Positions 11,896 through 23,619 of a stretch of DNA of 25,478 nucleotides are shown here, piece after piece. A program made the position numbers and the translations under genes. The stretch is from Tubiluchus corallicola (taxonomy: Eukaryota; Animalia; Priapulida). Each line of letters starts with the position of its first letter. Position 1 is the stretch's first letter. The stretch spans positions 1-25,478 of the forward strand of contig JAQGDQ010000854.1 of NCBI GenBank assembly GCA_030141605.1, given 5' to 3'. Under the pieces are notes generated by a model that saw nothing but the letters and a program-made list of their open reading frames with translations, had not been told where the DNA came from and did no database searches.

Positions 11896-12400
11896 ATCCA
11901 CCTGCATAATACCAGCATTTAAAAAATCAATAGCAAATCATTGTTGAAAAAATAACACATAATGCAGGTGTGACAAATGGGGGCACTGAAAACAATGTAA
12001 ACCCATCTTACCTATTCCGCAATCGCATAACGCGTACGCTTTCCCCGCATGTCCGGTAAAGGCCTCTTTACACTTGCATTATTTTATTAAAGATACATGC
12101 ACAGCGAGTTCATTTAAAATTCCTCGTGTATTCATGTTTAATCGGATTTGCGTGGACATTTTATTCAATTAAGTTTTGTTGAAATTGACTTGTGGCATGC
12201 AGCTTTCTAGTGAGAGTCCCACAGGAGACCAATGCAAAAGCAAAGCTGCATGTTTCCTTATGTCTTAGTAACTGAATAAATTATTAAGCGTGCAAGCATT
12301 TTCAATTTAATCCAGCATAAATTGATCCTAATTTGAGTTTCGAAGTCAATTTAAAGCCGCCCAAATGAACTTAAAAACGAACATTATCCAGACAACTTAC

Positions 12401-12563
12401 CGGTTGAAAAGTTGGCGGAGAATCCCTTGTTGCTACGCCCTCCAGTGGACGACATGCGAACAAGCAAAGCATTATCAGAAGATCGTAGAATGCGAGGCGA
12501 TGGAAGAGCATTCCCGCAGTGTCTCATGATGACCGGGTCATCCTCGGTTGGACCATCGTGAAC
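12401..12563 (-). CDS. CUBN: Cubilin-like exon, CUB10 second half (VHDGPTEDDPVIMRHCGNALPSPRILRSSDNALLVRMSSTGGRSNKGFSANFST)
   Basis: Acceptor ATGTTTCAG| and donor G|GTAAGT; 163 bp, phase 0-1. CUB motifs DG...CG and GF.A.F. Confidence 0.92.
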
Positions 12564-12656
12564 CTGAAACATGCAATGCAGCAACATGTTGAGAAAATTG
12601 CTATTAAAAACAATCACTTTGCAAGGTCAACAGTTTAGTTTCATAAATGAAAGAGC

Positions 12657-14395
12657 ACCCCGTTTTAGTTATACGTGTTATACCCGTTTTAGTTATACGT
12701 GTTATAGTTATACGTGTTATACCTGTTTTAATTATACGTGTTATACCCGTTTTAGTTATACGTGTTATACCTGTTTTAATTATATGTGTTATACCTGTTC
12801 AGTTATACGTGTTATACCTGTTTTAATTATACGTGTTATACCCGTTTTAGTTATACGTGTTATACCTGTTTTAATTATACGTGTTATACCCGTTTTAGTT
12901 ATACGTGTTATACCTGTTTTAATTATACGTGTTATACCCGTTTTAGTTATACGTGTTATACCTGTTTAGTTATACGTGTTATACCTGTTTTAGTTATATG
13001 TGTTATACCTGTTTTAGTTATACGTGTTGTACCTGTTTTAATTATATGTGTTATACCTGTTTAGTTATACGTGTTATACCTGTTTTAGTTATACGTGTTA
13101 TACCTGTTTAGTTATACGTGTTATACCTGTTTTAGTTATACGTGTTATACCTGTTTTAGTTATACGTGTTATACCTCTTTAGTTATACCTGTTTAGTTAT
13201 ACGTGTTATACCTGTTTAGTTATACGTGTTATACCTGTTTTAATTATACGTGTTATACCCGTTTTAGTTATACGTGTTATACCTGTTTAGTTATACGTGT
13301 TATACCTGTTTTAGTTATACGTGTTATACCTGTTTAGTTATACGTGTTATACCTGTTTAGTTATATGTGTTATACCTGTTTTAGTTATATGTGTTATACC
13401 TGTTTTAATTATACGTGTTATACCTGTTTAGTTATACGTGTTATACCTGTTTAGTTATACGTGTTATACCTGTTTTAGTTATAGGTGTTATACCTGTTTA
13501 GTTATACGTGTTATACCTGTATTAGTTATACGTGTTATACCTGTTTAGTTATACGTGTTATACCTGTTTTAGTTATACGTGTTATACCTGTTTTAGTTAT
13601 ACGCGTTATACCTGTTTTAATTATACGTGTTGTACCTGTTTTAATTATATGTGTTATACCTGTTTAGTTATACGTGTTGTACCTGTTTTAATTATATGTG
13701 TTATACCTGTTTAGTTATACGTGTTATACCTGTTTTAATTATACGTGTTATACCTGTTTAGTTATACGTGTTATACCTGTTTTAATTATACGTGTTATAC
13801 CTGTTTTAGTTATACGTGTTATACCTGTTTTAGTTATACGTGTTATACCTGTTTAATTATACGTGTTATACCTGTTTAGTTATACGTGTTATACCTGTTT
13901 AGTTATACGTGTTATACCTGTTTAGTTATATGTGTTATACCTGTTTTAGTTATATGTGTTATACCTGTTTTAGTTATACGTGTTATACCTGTTTTAGTTA
14001 TACGTGTGATACCTGTTTTAGTTATACGTGTTATACCTGTTTTAGTTATAGGTGTTATACCTGTTTAGTTATACGTGTTATACCTGTATTAGTTATACGT
14101 GTTATACCTGTTTAGTTATACGTGTTATACCTGTTTTAGTTATACGTGTTATACCTGTTTTAGTTATACGCGTTATACCTGTTTTAATTATACGTGTTGT
14201 ACCTGTTTTAATTATATGTGTTATACCTGTTTAGTTATACGTGTTGTACCTGTTTTAATTATATGTGTTATACCTGTTTAGTTATACGTGTTATACCTGT
14301 TTTAATTATACGTGTTATACCTGTTTAGTTATACGTGTTATACCTGTTTTAATTATACGTGTTATACCTGTTTTAGTTATACATGTTTAGTTATA
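12657..14395. repeat. 23/24-bp tandem minisatellite, about 73 copies
   Basis: Unit TTT(T)AGTTATACGTGTTATACCTG contains GTTATAC twice. It is the source of the YTCYTC/VIRVIP ORFs. Confidence 0.97.
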
Positions 14396-14801
14396 TAGTT
14401 TTAATGATACATGTGGAATTAATTTAAATTAGTTATTGAAGTTTAATAACTTCCAATAAATTACAATTAAATAATAATATAATATAAATTATATAATAAT
14501 ATATATATATATATATAATGTTATAAGATATATAATACAAAAACAACAAAAATCCATAATATTTAATTACAAGTCAAAAATGTCAAATCAGACGTCATAA
14601 CAGACAGTGAAATAAACTTTATCGAATACTGACTGCTTAGAGGAATTAATTTAAAGAAATAAACTCAGACGTCAGAAATGCTATAAAGAGCCTTCACATT
14701 TAGTAAGCTCATAGTAGATAACAATTTTTTTACAATTAATCTAAATTTCAAGATTATCAGTTAGTGACAGAATTCATTTAAAAATTTTCAAATGTCTTTA
14801 A

Positions 14802-15134
14802 CCCTTTCATACCCGTTGTATCCCGTGGGATACGAGAATATTTTCTGCCTTTAAAATTAATAAAATTTTAAAACTGACAGTTATTTGATCTGTTAATAGT
14901 TATTTTGATTTAAGCCAATAACAATAGACTAAAAATGGTGATAAAATGGCAAACTAGAAAATCTACATGGCATAAAAAACTGCGCAAGGTACAGTACTTT
15001 AGAGACGACTTTGTACAGATCAGCATAGCGTGCATACTAAATGTCTTAAATACTTTAAAAAATTATCAGCAGTTGCAAAATGAAGCACATTTTATGCTTT
15101 TGTTGTGTTTTTAAAAAAGTTGGGACTGAAAGGG
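14802..15134. mobile_element. piggyBac-type MITE, copy 2 (internally deleted)
   Basis: TTAA at 14798-14801 and 15135-15138. TIRs CCCTTTCATACCC / GGGACTGAAAGGG (11/13). Palindrome GTATCCC-GT-GGGATAC near the left end. Confidence 0.9.
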
Positions 15135-15383
15135 TTAAAACAACTTTCACTCATTAAAAGCTTTGTGTCAAGTCGAGTTCAAATTGTGGATTCGTTCGAT
15201 CAGCTGTGTATTCATAACCATACCTTTGACCTTATTATAGCAATATGCTACCCTAATAAGATTAATGCCAAACATAATAATGCACGGTATAGATCGAATA
15301 ATCAGTTTTCAATTTATGAAACGAAGCTCAAACTTATCAATATTTTTCGTCCAATTATCTATGTAATAAACAAGTTTAATTAC

Positions 15384-15568
15384 CACTACGTGATCGGTAC
15401 TGCAGTTCCCCGAGGTGCTTCCCACGTCGAAATCTATAAAGTTGAGCATAACTTCGTGAGATTCCTGTACAGCTATGAGCCAGCTGCAGTCTGTGTTTAC
15501 GGCGTAGTTGTTGGGATAGTTAGGAGAATGGATCTGCCCCTTCGGAGTGGAAAATCTTCCGCCACAAC
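15384..15568 (-). CDS. CUBN: Cubilin-like exon, CUB10 first half (GCGGRFSTPKGQIHSPNYPNNYAVNTDCSWLIAVQESHEVMLNFIDFDVGSTSGNCSTDHVV)
   Basis: Acceptor TTGTTTTCCAG| and donor |GTAATT; 185 bp, phase 1-0. IHSPNYP..Y..NTDCSW.I.V...H.V.LNF.DFD matches cubilin CUB10 as recalled. Confidence 0.95.
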
Positions 15569-15798
15569 CTGGAAAACAATATGCCAACATATCTAACAAG
15601 TCTTCTGAGCATATTTTCAACTTTTTTAGTACTATAATAAGAAACTAATAAACGTACGCATCTTATCTTTACACCTTAAGCATTATTGTACAGCAGTACC
15701 ATGTACTATTATTCCAAATTCAAATTCATCCTACAATTTTTAAGGTTTTAATTTTTATCACTTGAAAAGAGTTTGCATATTTATCATGCAAATGTCTA

Positions 15799-15832
15799 AT
15801 GATAATGATGATGATGATGATGATGGTGGTGG

Positions 15833-15888
<56 letters not shown>

Positions 15889-16137
15889 TTGATGTCGATG
15901 CTGATGTTGTTAATGATGATGATGATGATGATGATGGCGATGACGACTGATGATCTTGATGTCGATGCTGATGTTGTTAATGATGATGATGATGATGATG
16001 ATGATGACGATGACGACTGATGATGTTGATAGTGATGAATGATGATGATGGGTGGTGGTGGCGGTAGTGATAATGATGATGATGGTGATGATGATGATAA
16101 TAGTGATGATGAATGATGATGATGATGATGATGGTGG

Positions 16138-16186
<49 letters not shown>

Positions 16187-16286
16187 GATGACGATGACGA
16201 TGAAGATGATGGTGGTGATGATGATGATGCCGATGATGATGATGATGATGATGATGCTGATCATCATCATCATCATCATCATCATC

Positions 16287-16345
<59 letters not shown>

Positions 16346-16360
16346 CATCATCATTATTAT
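15799..16360. repeat. Compound trinucleotide microsatellite (GAT)n-(CAT)n-(AAT)n
   Basis: Interrupted GAT tract at 15799-16255, (ATC)9 at 16260-16286 and (AAT)n at 16289-16345. Includes a duplicated block of about 67 bp at 15884-16020. Confidence 0.97.
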
Positions 16361-16656
16361 AATAGATATTATAAGATGTGTTACAAGATAAATAAAAAAA
16401 TATTATATTATATATTGTTATATTATTTTTATTAAGCTTAAATTCAAGCCAGGCTCCATTTGAAATTCTTGCTACAATTAGCTACATTCAGCAGGCCTGT
16501 TGATAAATGCAGGATCACTCAGACCAAACACGACGACTTCGTAAAATTCAAGCTGTGGCATTTTTCACGCTACAAAACTTTCTAATCAAATTTTACAAAC
16601 CAAGCTTGACCACGCCGTTAGCTACATACCTTACTGGCACTTAAAAAGTACTAGAG

Positions 16657-17073
16657 CAGGGGTGTGCAAATTATCTGACTAGGCGGGCCACATTAAACTT
16701 TCCCGCAATTCCTGCAGGCCACAGGCAGTTTGATCAAGGAGCCAAGTACAGAAAGGCCTAATAACGATTTTTTGCATCCGACCTGCGTACATCATTACTA
16801 CTACACTCAAGAAACTATTTTAGAAGTTATTAAAATTTATATTACAAACCATATATTTCTACTTTCAGGACAGATAGTGGTAATTTCATTACAATGCATA
16901 TTAGTAATGTGTATCACACAGTCTGTGTAGTACAGTGTTATTAAGCTACAACCGTCTTGTAAGGGTTAATGGATACACTCAATTAACCGCCCGGGCCGCA
17001 CTTTCATTAGGTTGACAAATCTCTTCGCGGGCCGCACAAATTCTCTCGGCGGGCTGCAATTTGCACACCCCTG
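16657..17073. mobile_element. hAT-Charlie-type MITE (417 bp)
   Basis: Perfect 16-bp TIR CAGGGGTGTGCAAATT and perfect 8-bp TSD TACTAGAG (16649-16656, 17074-17081). Subterminal GCGGGCC(G)CA repeats. Confidence 0.95.
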
Positions 17074-17097
17074 TACTAGAGTACTAAAACACCTCAC

Positions 17098-17266
17098 CTC
17101 CGCTTTGAGATGCGTATGTGATGTTAAACCCGCGGCCGTTCACACTGTTGTCCGTTATGAATCTAATGAACATGCTGTTGCCCGTACTTGCTAGTTGTTG
17201 AGCGGTTGTCTGGCTGTGACAGAGATCGGCCAGTACCGGTGCTGTATCGTCAACCCCTCCATATAT
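17098..17266 (-). CDS. CUBN: Cubilin-like exon, CUB9 second half (IYGGVDDTAPVLADLCHSQTTAQQLASTGNSMFIRFITDNSVNGRGFNITYASQSG)
   Basis: Acceptor TTTTATGGCTTAG| and donor G|GTGAGG; 169 bp, phase 0-1. IYGG.D...P..A.LC and STGN...IRF.TD.S.NGRGFN are cubilin CUB9-like. Not in the ORF track. Confidence 0.95.
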
Positions 17267-17368
17267 CTAAGCCATAAAATACAAACATCCAATATATCAG
17301 AGTGCAATGGTTGTATCACACTACTAGACTGCAATAGAAACATTTAAAGCTCTTGTCAGAGGTCTGTG

Positions 17369-17491
17369 GATTTGCAAGAGTCATAGATACGGGTTCGTAA
17401 GACTTTGTTGCAGATTTGCAAGAGTCATAGATACGGGTTCGTAAGACTTCGTTGCGGATTTGCAAGAGTCATAGATACGGGTTCGTAAGAC
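17369..17491. repeat. 44-bp tandem repeat, 2.8 copies
   Basis: GATTTGCAAGAGTCATAGATACGGGTTCGTAAGACTT(T/C)GTTGC(A/G) at 17369, 17413 and 17457. Confidence 0.93.
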
Positions 17492-17955
17492 ATAACCAAT
17501 TGACTCCTTAACAAATTGAAACTTATTACGTTGATCGAATCTTGTATTCTACAGTCAATTCACTTCAATTTTATTTTCTTAATAGCAGTTAAAATTCGTC
17601 ATAATTATTTTTACATTTCATTGCAGCTGAGAAGGAGCAGCGAAAGACTTATTGGTCACTTGGTCAGCTGCCCCTTATTAAAAATACAAGTTTACTCACA
17701 GGCTCATGACATGTTCAGGTGTTTGTGTATGTATAAAAGGCAAAAGCAACAAAAATCTACTCAAAGCAAAAATGCAATTCCACTCAGAATAAAAGGAAGT
17801 TATCACAAGTAATGCAAAACGGAATTCAACTTATAGCAAAAAATTATATCAAACAAAATGAGACTTAAAGCGAAAATTTTATAAAGAGTTACTCAACTGA
17901 AAGTAAAAAAACCTTTGAGTTGAGCTGAGAACCTTTCAGAAACCCCAGTCAGTTT

Positions 17956-18273
<318 letters not shown>

Positions 18274-18463
18274 CTCATTTCATTTCGAAATGGAACTAAA
18301 TCGCTCTCTCCTCTCTTTCTCTTTCTTTCTCTCCCCTCTCTCTCTATTTTCTGTCTCTCTTTCTCAGATGAACTATGATATTCAAAAACGTATTGAACGT
18401 TGTGAGGATGTTTTTTTAATAAATACAAAACTTGTTTAACAAGAAAACAAACTATAAACTAAC

Positions 18464-18645
18464 CACTAAGTGATCATAAAGGCAGGCGGGATGATTCTCA
18501 ACACTTAGATCATTAATGCTCAGACGAACGTTACTGCCAGGTTGCACGGTGATGGACCACTCACAGATACGACGGTGGGGATATCCAACCGGGTACCCGG
18601 GACTGATAATCGTGCCCTTGTCTGCTGTCAGCTGATCGCCACAGC
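18464..18645 (-). CDS. CUBN: Cubilin-like exon, CUB9 first half (GCGDQLTADKGTIISPGYPVGYPHRRICEWSITVQPGSNVRLSINDLSVENHPACLYDHLV)
   Basis: Acceptor CTCTTTTTCTAG| and donor |GTTAGT; 182 bp, phase 1-0. Confidence 0.95.
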
Positions 18646-19255
18646 CTAGAAAAAGAGTCAGATAAAAAAAAGTAAAACACTGCAGCATAAAGAAACGCTC
18701 ATAGGGCCATTGCGACTGAACAGGCATCAGAACATACATGGCGGGGGGGGGGGCTAACTCCACCCCAGCACAAATGTAGGAAGTTCATAGAACATGAGGT
18801 CTACATAAAAGTAAAAAATTATTCGTTTCTTTTCATTACAAGACCAGGGAAGAATAAAGGTTAAATTTCTACCTATTATTAATTCACCTACAATTGACTT
18901 TGCATAAATGTTTACAAAAACGTGTAACAATTTCAACTTAGTTTGTATTAACTCAAAATAACAATACACCTGCATTGTACATACTATAGTCACTGACATT
19001 TTAGCAAAATAACCTACACAAAGGTCTGTTATGCTACGGTGTTATCGCAGTTCAATTGTAATATGCTTTTGGATGACTGAAAGGAACTGATGGAAGGCAT
19101 GACACAAAATATAGTGTGTTACGAAAATTGATACATTTTACATGCTAGCAAAAGTAAATGTGCGCATACGTGGTGTCCGCATACGAGTAACTCCATGCTT
19201 CGCATTCCGCACTAGTTTATTCACAAATAAAACAAAAAGGGTAAATACTCTTTAC

Positions 19256-19415
19256 CATTTGTTATCCACTCGAAACGGAATCCATTCAGGGCCAGCCCAG
19301 CATCCGAAATGAAATGAACCCACAGCTTACTGGTATTAGTGGCAAATGGGGCGGGAATTGTCCTACCGCAGAATTTACCGATTAGAGGTGCCTGGTCATT
19401 CTCCCCATCGCGTAG
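19256..19415 (-). CDS. CUBN: Cubilin-like exon, CUB8 second half (LRDGENDQAPLIGKFCGRTIPAPFATNTSKLWVHFISDAGLALNGFRFEWITN)
   Basis: Acceptor TTCTTATTGTAG| and donor G|GTAAAG; 160 bp, phase 0-1. Not in the ORF track. Confidence 0.95.
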
Positions 19416-19621
19416 CTACAATAAGAACCGAAGTTTATCTGCTAGAATTCAGTATATATTTATGGCTATGCGACAAGAATAAATTATGCCTATCGCATAA
19501 TGCTTAGCAAATCAAAATATTGTCATTGTGGTCTTTATTAGGTTCTGTTACAATTGTTTTGTAGTACACTGCGTTGGTAAAAATACCCTGAACTTTGAAA
19601 CAGTTAAAAGCCTGCTTCACC

Positions 19622-19802
<181 letters not shown>

Positions 19803-19952
19803 TATTATTATTATTATAATTCTTTATTTAAAATTTAAAATTGAACGCATATACAGATATTTACATAAAATACATACAGGGACCCTCTATTTGCAGGGTA
19901 TGGTTAAAAAAACTTTGTAAATAAAATAGCTGTTATATTCGCAAGACTTTTA

Positions 19953-20080
<128 letters not shown>

Positions 20081-20094
20081 TGCATGAAAGACAA

Positions 20095-20250
20095 GAGTGT
20101 TTACAAAGTGACTGCCCGAAAGTTACTCCCTCTGTGCCAGCTTTTTCATTACCTTTTTTCAACAGCAAAATGCTTCACTGAATCAGGAAGCTTTTTGACT
20201 AAGTGATATACACGAGTTACCGCTTGGTACAAGCAATTACTAAGTCAATG
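20095..20250. repeat. Unclassified dispersed repeat, diverged copy B (copy A at 3866-4025)
   Basis: Same ordered motif blocks as 3866-4025. Confidence 0.6.
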
Positions 20251-20460
20251 TCCTAGTGATGATAGTTTGTACAAAACAAGAAATCAATAACTCTATAATG
20301 AAATAATTTCAGGTAAAACAAAGTCAATTAAAAATTTAAATTAAAATCTGAAACGAATAACTAGCAGTATTAAACAACAGAAAATATTGTTTCTTGACGC
20401 ACACAGTACGAATCAATCAATCGATCAATCAATCACGTATAGATTCACAATAAATTTTAC

Positions 20461-20642
20461 CTCGAGGTAATCATATCTACAATTAGCCGCATCCTCCACA
20501 GAGAAGTGTGAAAATGAAACATTTAGGGTGTTGCCCATTGTGGTCTCTACAACCCAAGTGCAATCCCTGTAGTGAGGGTACGCACTGGGAAAATTCGGAC
20601 TCGCAACGGCACCGGCAACTTTCTTCACGTTGTTGTTACAAT
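20461..20642 (-). CDS. CUBN: Cubilin-like exon, CUB8 first half (DCNNNVKKVAGAVASPNFPSAYPHYRDCTWVVETTMGNTLNVSFSHFSVEDAANCRYDYLE)
   Basis: Acceptor TTTTGTATTTTCTAG| and donor |GTAAAA; 182 bp, phase 1-0. The non-CGG start and the T.GNT.N..F motif resemble cubilin CUB8. Confidence 0.95.
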
Positions 20643-20733
20643 CTAGAAAATACAAAACAAAATGGCTTCCTAGAATCAAGCGGCTACGAGGTGGCACATG
20701 CACAAAATCATACATTTGTCTAACTCCTTCGGG

Positions 20734-21060
20734 TTACTAACTAACTATTTAACTATGTTACTAACTGTAAAATATTCCAATGTATACATGACTTTATATT
20801 ATGTACTAAACGCTTCCAGTAGTTTCTATCTGATATGAAATGCATCATTCTTAAATAATCGTACATTAATATTTACTAACCGTCATTTTCTACTAATGTC
20901 TAATGTATCACTGTAGTAAAGCTTTAGTATACTAAAACTAAGTATAGTCTATTCCTGCTGTAAATGTTCTTGTAAATAGTGTATAAAGTGTGTTGTGGTG
21001 AGGATCCTAAATCATGTAGTACAAACTGTCTGATCCAATCCTAAATAAATTAAGTTTAAA
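20734..21060 (+). mobile_element. Short retroposed insertion (LINE 3'-UTR fragment or SINE) with a 14-bp TSD
   Basis: Perfect direct repeat CTAACTCCTTCGGG at 20720-20733 and 21061-21074. The AT-rich body ends ...GGATCC...GATCCAATCCTAAATAAATTAAGTTTAAA. Confidence 0.72.
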
Positions 21061-21622
21061 CTAACTCCTTCGGGACCGTAAACGTTTGCTGGATTTTGCA
21101 TGGGTTCATGAAGAACTTCTCTCACTAAGTAGCGATTACGTTATATTTGATAACTTTTGTAGGTTTCTACTCCTCACAAAATGGATTTTCATGCAAAATT
21201 ATATATAAAATGCTTTTGTTCACATTAAACAAATTAAAAATTGATGTTTGATGAAAAAAATTGAAAAATAAGCTCTCAGTACCTGCAGTGTTTGCACTGT
21301 AACAATGTACAGTATCACTTGAAATCGGCTAATGCAGAAAACTTCAACTATCCATACACAACACTCTGATGAACTTTGACCCAAACTCTACTCTGTTTTT
21401 AAGGAGAAATTCCTGCTAAAAGATGAAACAACCTAAACTTTCCTTAGCTGATTGGTTGGCTATTCCTGGAATAGCAGCAAAACTCTGCACAGTGCACAGC
21501 TTGGGCTGTAGCAACCAGGCGATCAATAAAATAGTGTGTACGATCACGCAAGTGTACACCAGACTAAGCTACTCGATAGGTTAAGTAGAGTAATGGAAAC
21601 ATTTTATTACAATGAAAGACCT

Positions 21623-21914
21623 TTACTTACTTACATACTTATCAGCCTACCTAGCTACCTACCCACATGCTTACTTACCTACATACCTACCTACCTACCT
21701 ACCTGCCTACCTACCTACCTATGTACCTACCTACCTACCTACCTATCTACCTACCTACCTACCTACCTACCTACCTACCTACCTACCTACCTACCTACCT
21801 ACCTACCTACCTACCTACCTACCTACCTACCTACCTACCTACCTACCTACCTACCTACCTACCTACCTACCTACCTACCTACCTACCTACCTACCTACCT
21901 ACCTACTTACTTAC
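21623..21914. repeat. (TACC)n tetranucleotide microsatellite
   Basis: About 70 CCTA units, degenerate at the left edge. Confidence 0.97.
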
Positions 21915-22414
21915 AACAAATAACATGACTGGATAACTGAGATTCTCCTGAATAGAACAGTACCTAATTTGTAGTCACACAGCAGCAGAAAAGTTCATAA
22001 GTTTTATAAGACCTATTTTGAATAGTGTGGTCCTGAACGAGTTAAGCAGTTCATATAATCTTATGAGCTCTGATACACCTTGAATTATGTGTCCAATTCA
22101 TCTATGTCCAGAAATTATTACTAGCAAACTTTTATAAAAAAAGCACACATACTTTTGGCCAATTTATGCAACTATGAAATTCCTTAGAACCAAAAATGAA
22201 GTATTTTATACAAAATATCAAATATAAAATTAGTCATAAATTTTTATATAAATTATCGCCTCAAATATAAATGAATTACATTGATAAAATGCTTATCAAT
22301 TATAATATTATTGATAAACATGCTATTATACTATTATATTATATAAAAGTATATAATAAAAACTATTATAATAAATGATAATGATGTGAGATCTAATAAA
22401 TTATATATAATTAC

Positions 22415-22571
22415 CTGCATGGTAGGACAAATGAAAACCACGCCCAGCGACGGATATGTCTGTGGACAGAACGACGTACAAATTTCGACCGGATGATGTT
22501 AGGGGTGCAGGGGAGTCACCCCCGCAGAATCTGCCCGCCAGTGATGCATAGCGATCTCTACCATCATACAC
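22415..22571 (-). CDS. CUBN: Cubilin-like exon, CUB7 second half (VYDGRDRYASLAGRFCGGDSPAPLTSSGRNLYVVLSTDISVAGRGFHLSYHA)
   Basis: Acceptor ...CTACGGCAG| and donor G|GTAATT; 157 bp, phase 0-1. Not in the ORF track. Confidence 0.94.
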
Positions 22572-22659
22572 CTGCCGTAGTTTGATAAAGCAAACATGAG
22601 TTCAATACTAGCAGTAGATATAGATTACTATTAATTGTGTACAACCATCACGTCGTGAA

Positions 22660-23038
22660 AATAACCCTTTTCACAGTTCCACGATTGATCTTGATCGTTA
22701 AAAGGTCAAAGGTTAAAGTGTACCAGACAATGCATTTGTGTACACTTGACAACACCTCTCAGCCTATGCTATTGTAATAGTAACAGTTTTAACAGCTAGC
22801 TAGAACCTTACCTAGTTCATTTTTTCTTGTTCCCAAGCAAGATCCTACTAGTAAATTATTCTATGCACAGACTAATACATAATTAAGTAAAGTCCACGTA
22901 AAACAACTGAAATTACTGAACTAATGCATTGCATTACCCACATGCTACGTGACAGTTGTAGTTAAGATGCATTGCCATGGTACACTTAACCTTTGACCTA
23001 CAACAACTGCGCACAACGAAACTGTAAAAACCCTTATT
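22660..23038. mobile_element. Foldback MITE (possibly ISL2EU/Harbinger-related)
   Basis: Imperfect TIRs AATAACCCTTTTCACAGTTCC / GAAACTGTAAAAACCCTTATT. Internal inverted pair AGGTCAAAGGTTAAAGTGTACCAGACAATGCAT (22703-22735) and ATGCATTGCCATGGTACACTTAACCTTTGACCT (22967-22999). A second right end of the family lies at about 23468-23496. The superfamily is uncertain. Confidence 0.7.
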
Positions 23039-23108
23039 GGCCTCGTTTTCCTGTAAAAACCCTTATTGGCCTCGTTTTCCTGTAAAAACCCTTATTGGCT
23101 TCATTTTC
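23022..23108. repeat. 29-bp tandem repeat, 3 copies
   Basis: CTGTAAAAACCCTTATTGGCCTCGTTTTC at 23022, 23051 and 23080. Confidence 0.92.
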
Positions 23109-23619
23109 TTTAATTTTAGCTGTGCACAGTACGCTGTAATCAGTGCTATCTTTGGATTACTGAAGTAACATGGCAGGTATCAAGTTAGACAATAAACCTG
23201 TGTTGAACGGAAATGGAAACAAATGGAGCAAATTTTCCAAAACATAAAATTTTTCTCATCATTAACTAACATGGAAACGGCTAACATAAAATGTCTTCAT
23301 GCTACTTTTTCTTAACAACTAAATTCTCTGTGAAAACCATAAAAGTTATAATAAGATTTTTATGTTTTTATGATTTATACCCTTGGATCGCTACTATAAA
23401 CTCTTTTCAGCAAAAGGCAAAAATAAACTCTGTTGAAATTTACTCTATCGTTTTGTACGTGCGCATGCACACAACGAAACTGTGAAAAGACTTATTTTGC
23501 AACTCTCTGGTGTTTCTAATAAAAAAAAAAATTCCTCCACTATCGAAAAATGGTTTTTAACGTTGGTATAAATGTTGGTTTATATACTGCGATTTGATCA
23601 AAATGTGCAGCAAAGATTC

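Noticed and set aside
12012-12078. Minus-strand CKCKEAFTG...CDCGI peptide with a G|GTAAGA donor, looking like an EGF-type next exon
   Set aside because: There is an in-frame TAA immediately upstream, no polypyrimidine acceptor, and it is not CUB11-like. More likely chance or a TE remnant.
12571-14281. YTCYTC / VIRVIP ORFs resembling metallothionein or repeat proteins
   Set aside because: Artefacts of the 23/24-bp minisatellite.
15105-15596. 163-aa plus-strand ORF
   Set aside because: Antisense shadow of a CUB exon, starting inside a MITE.
21623-21914. Interstitial telomeric repeat
   Set aside because: The unit is TAGG, not TTAGG or TTAGGG. It is an ordinary tetranucleotide microsatellite.
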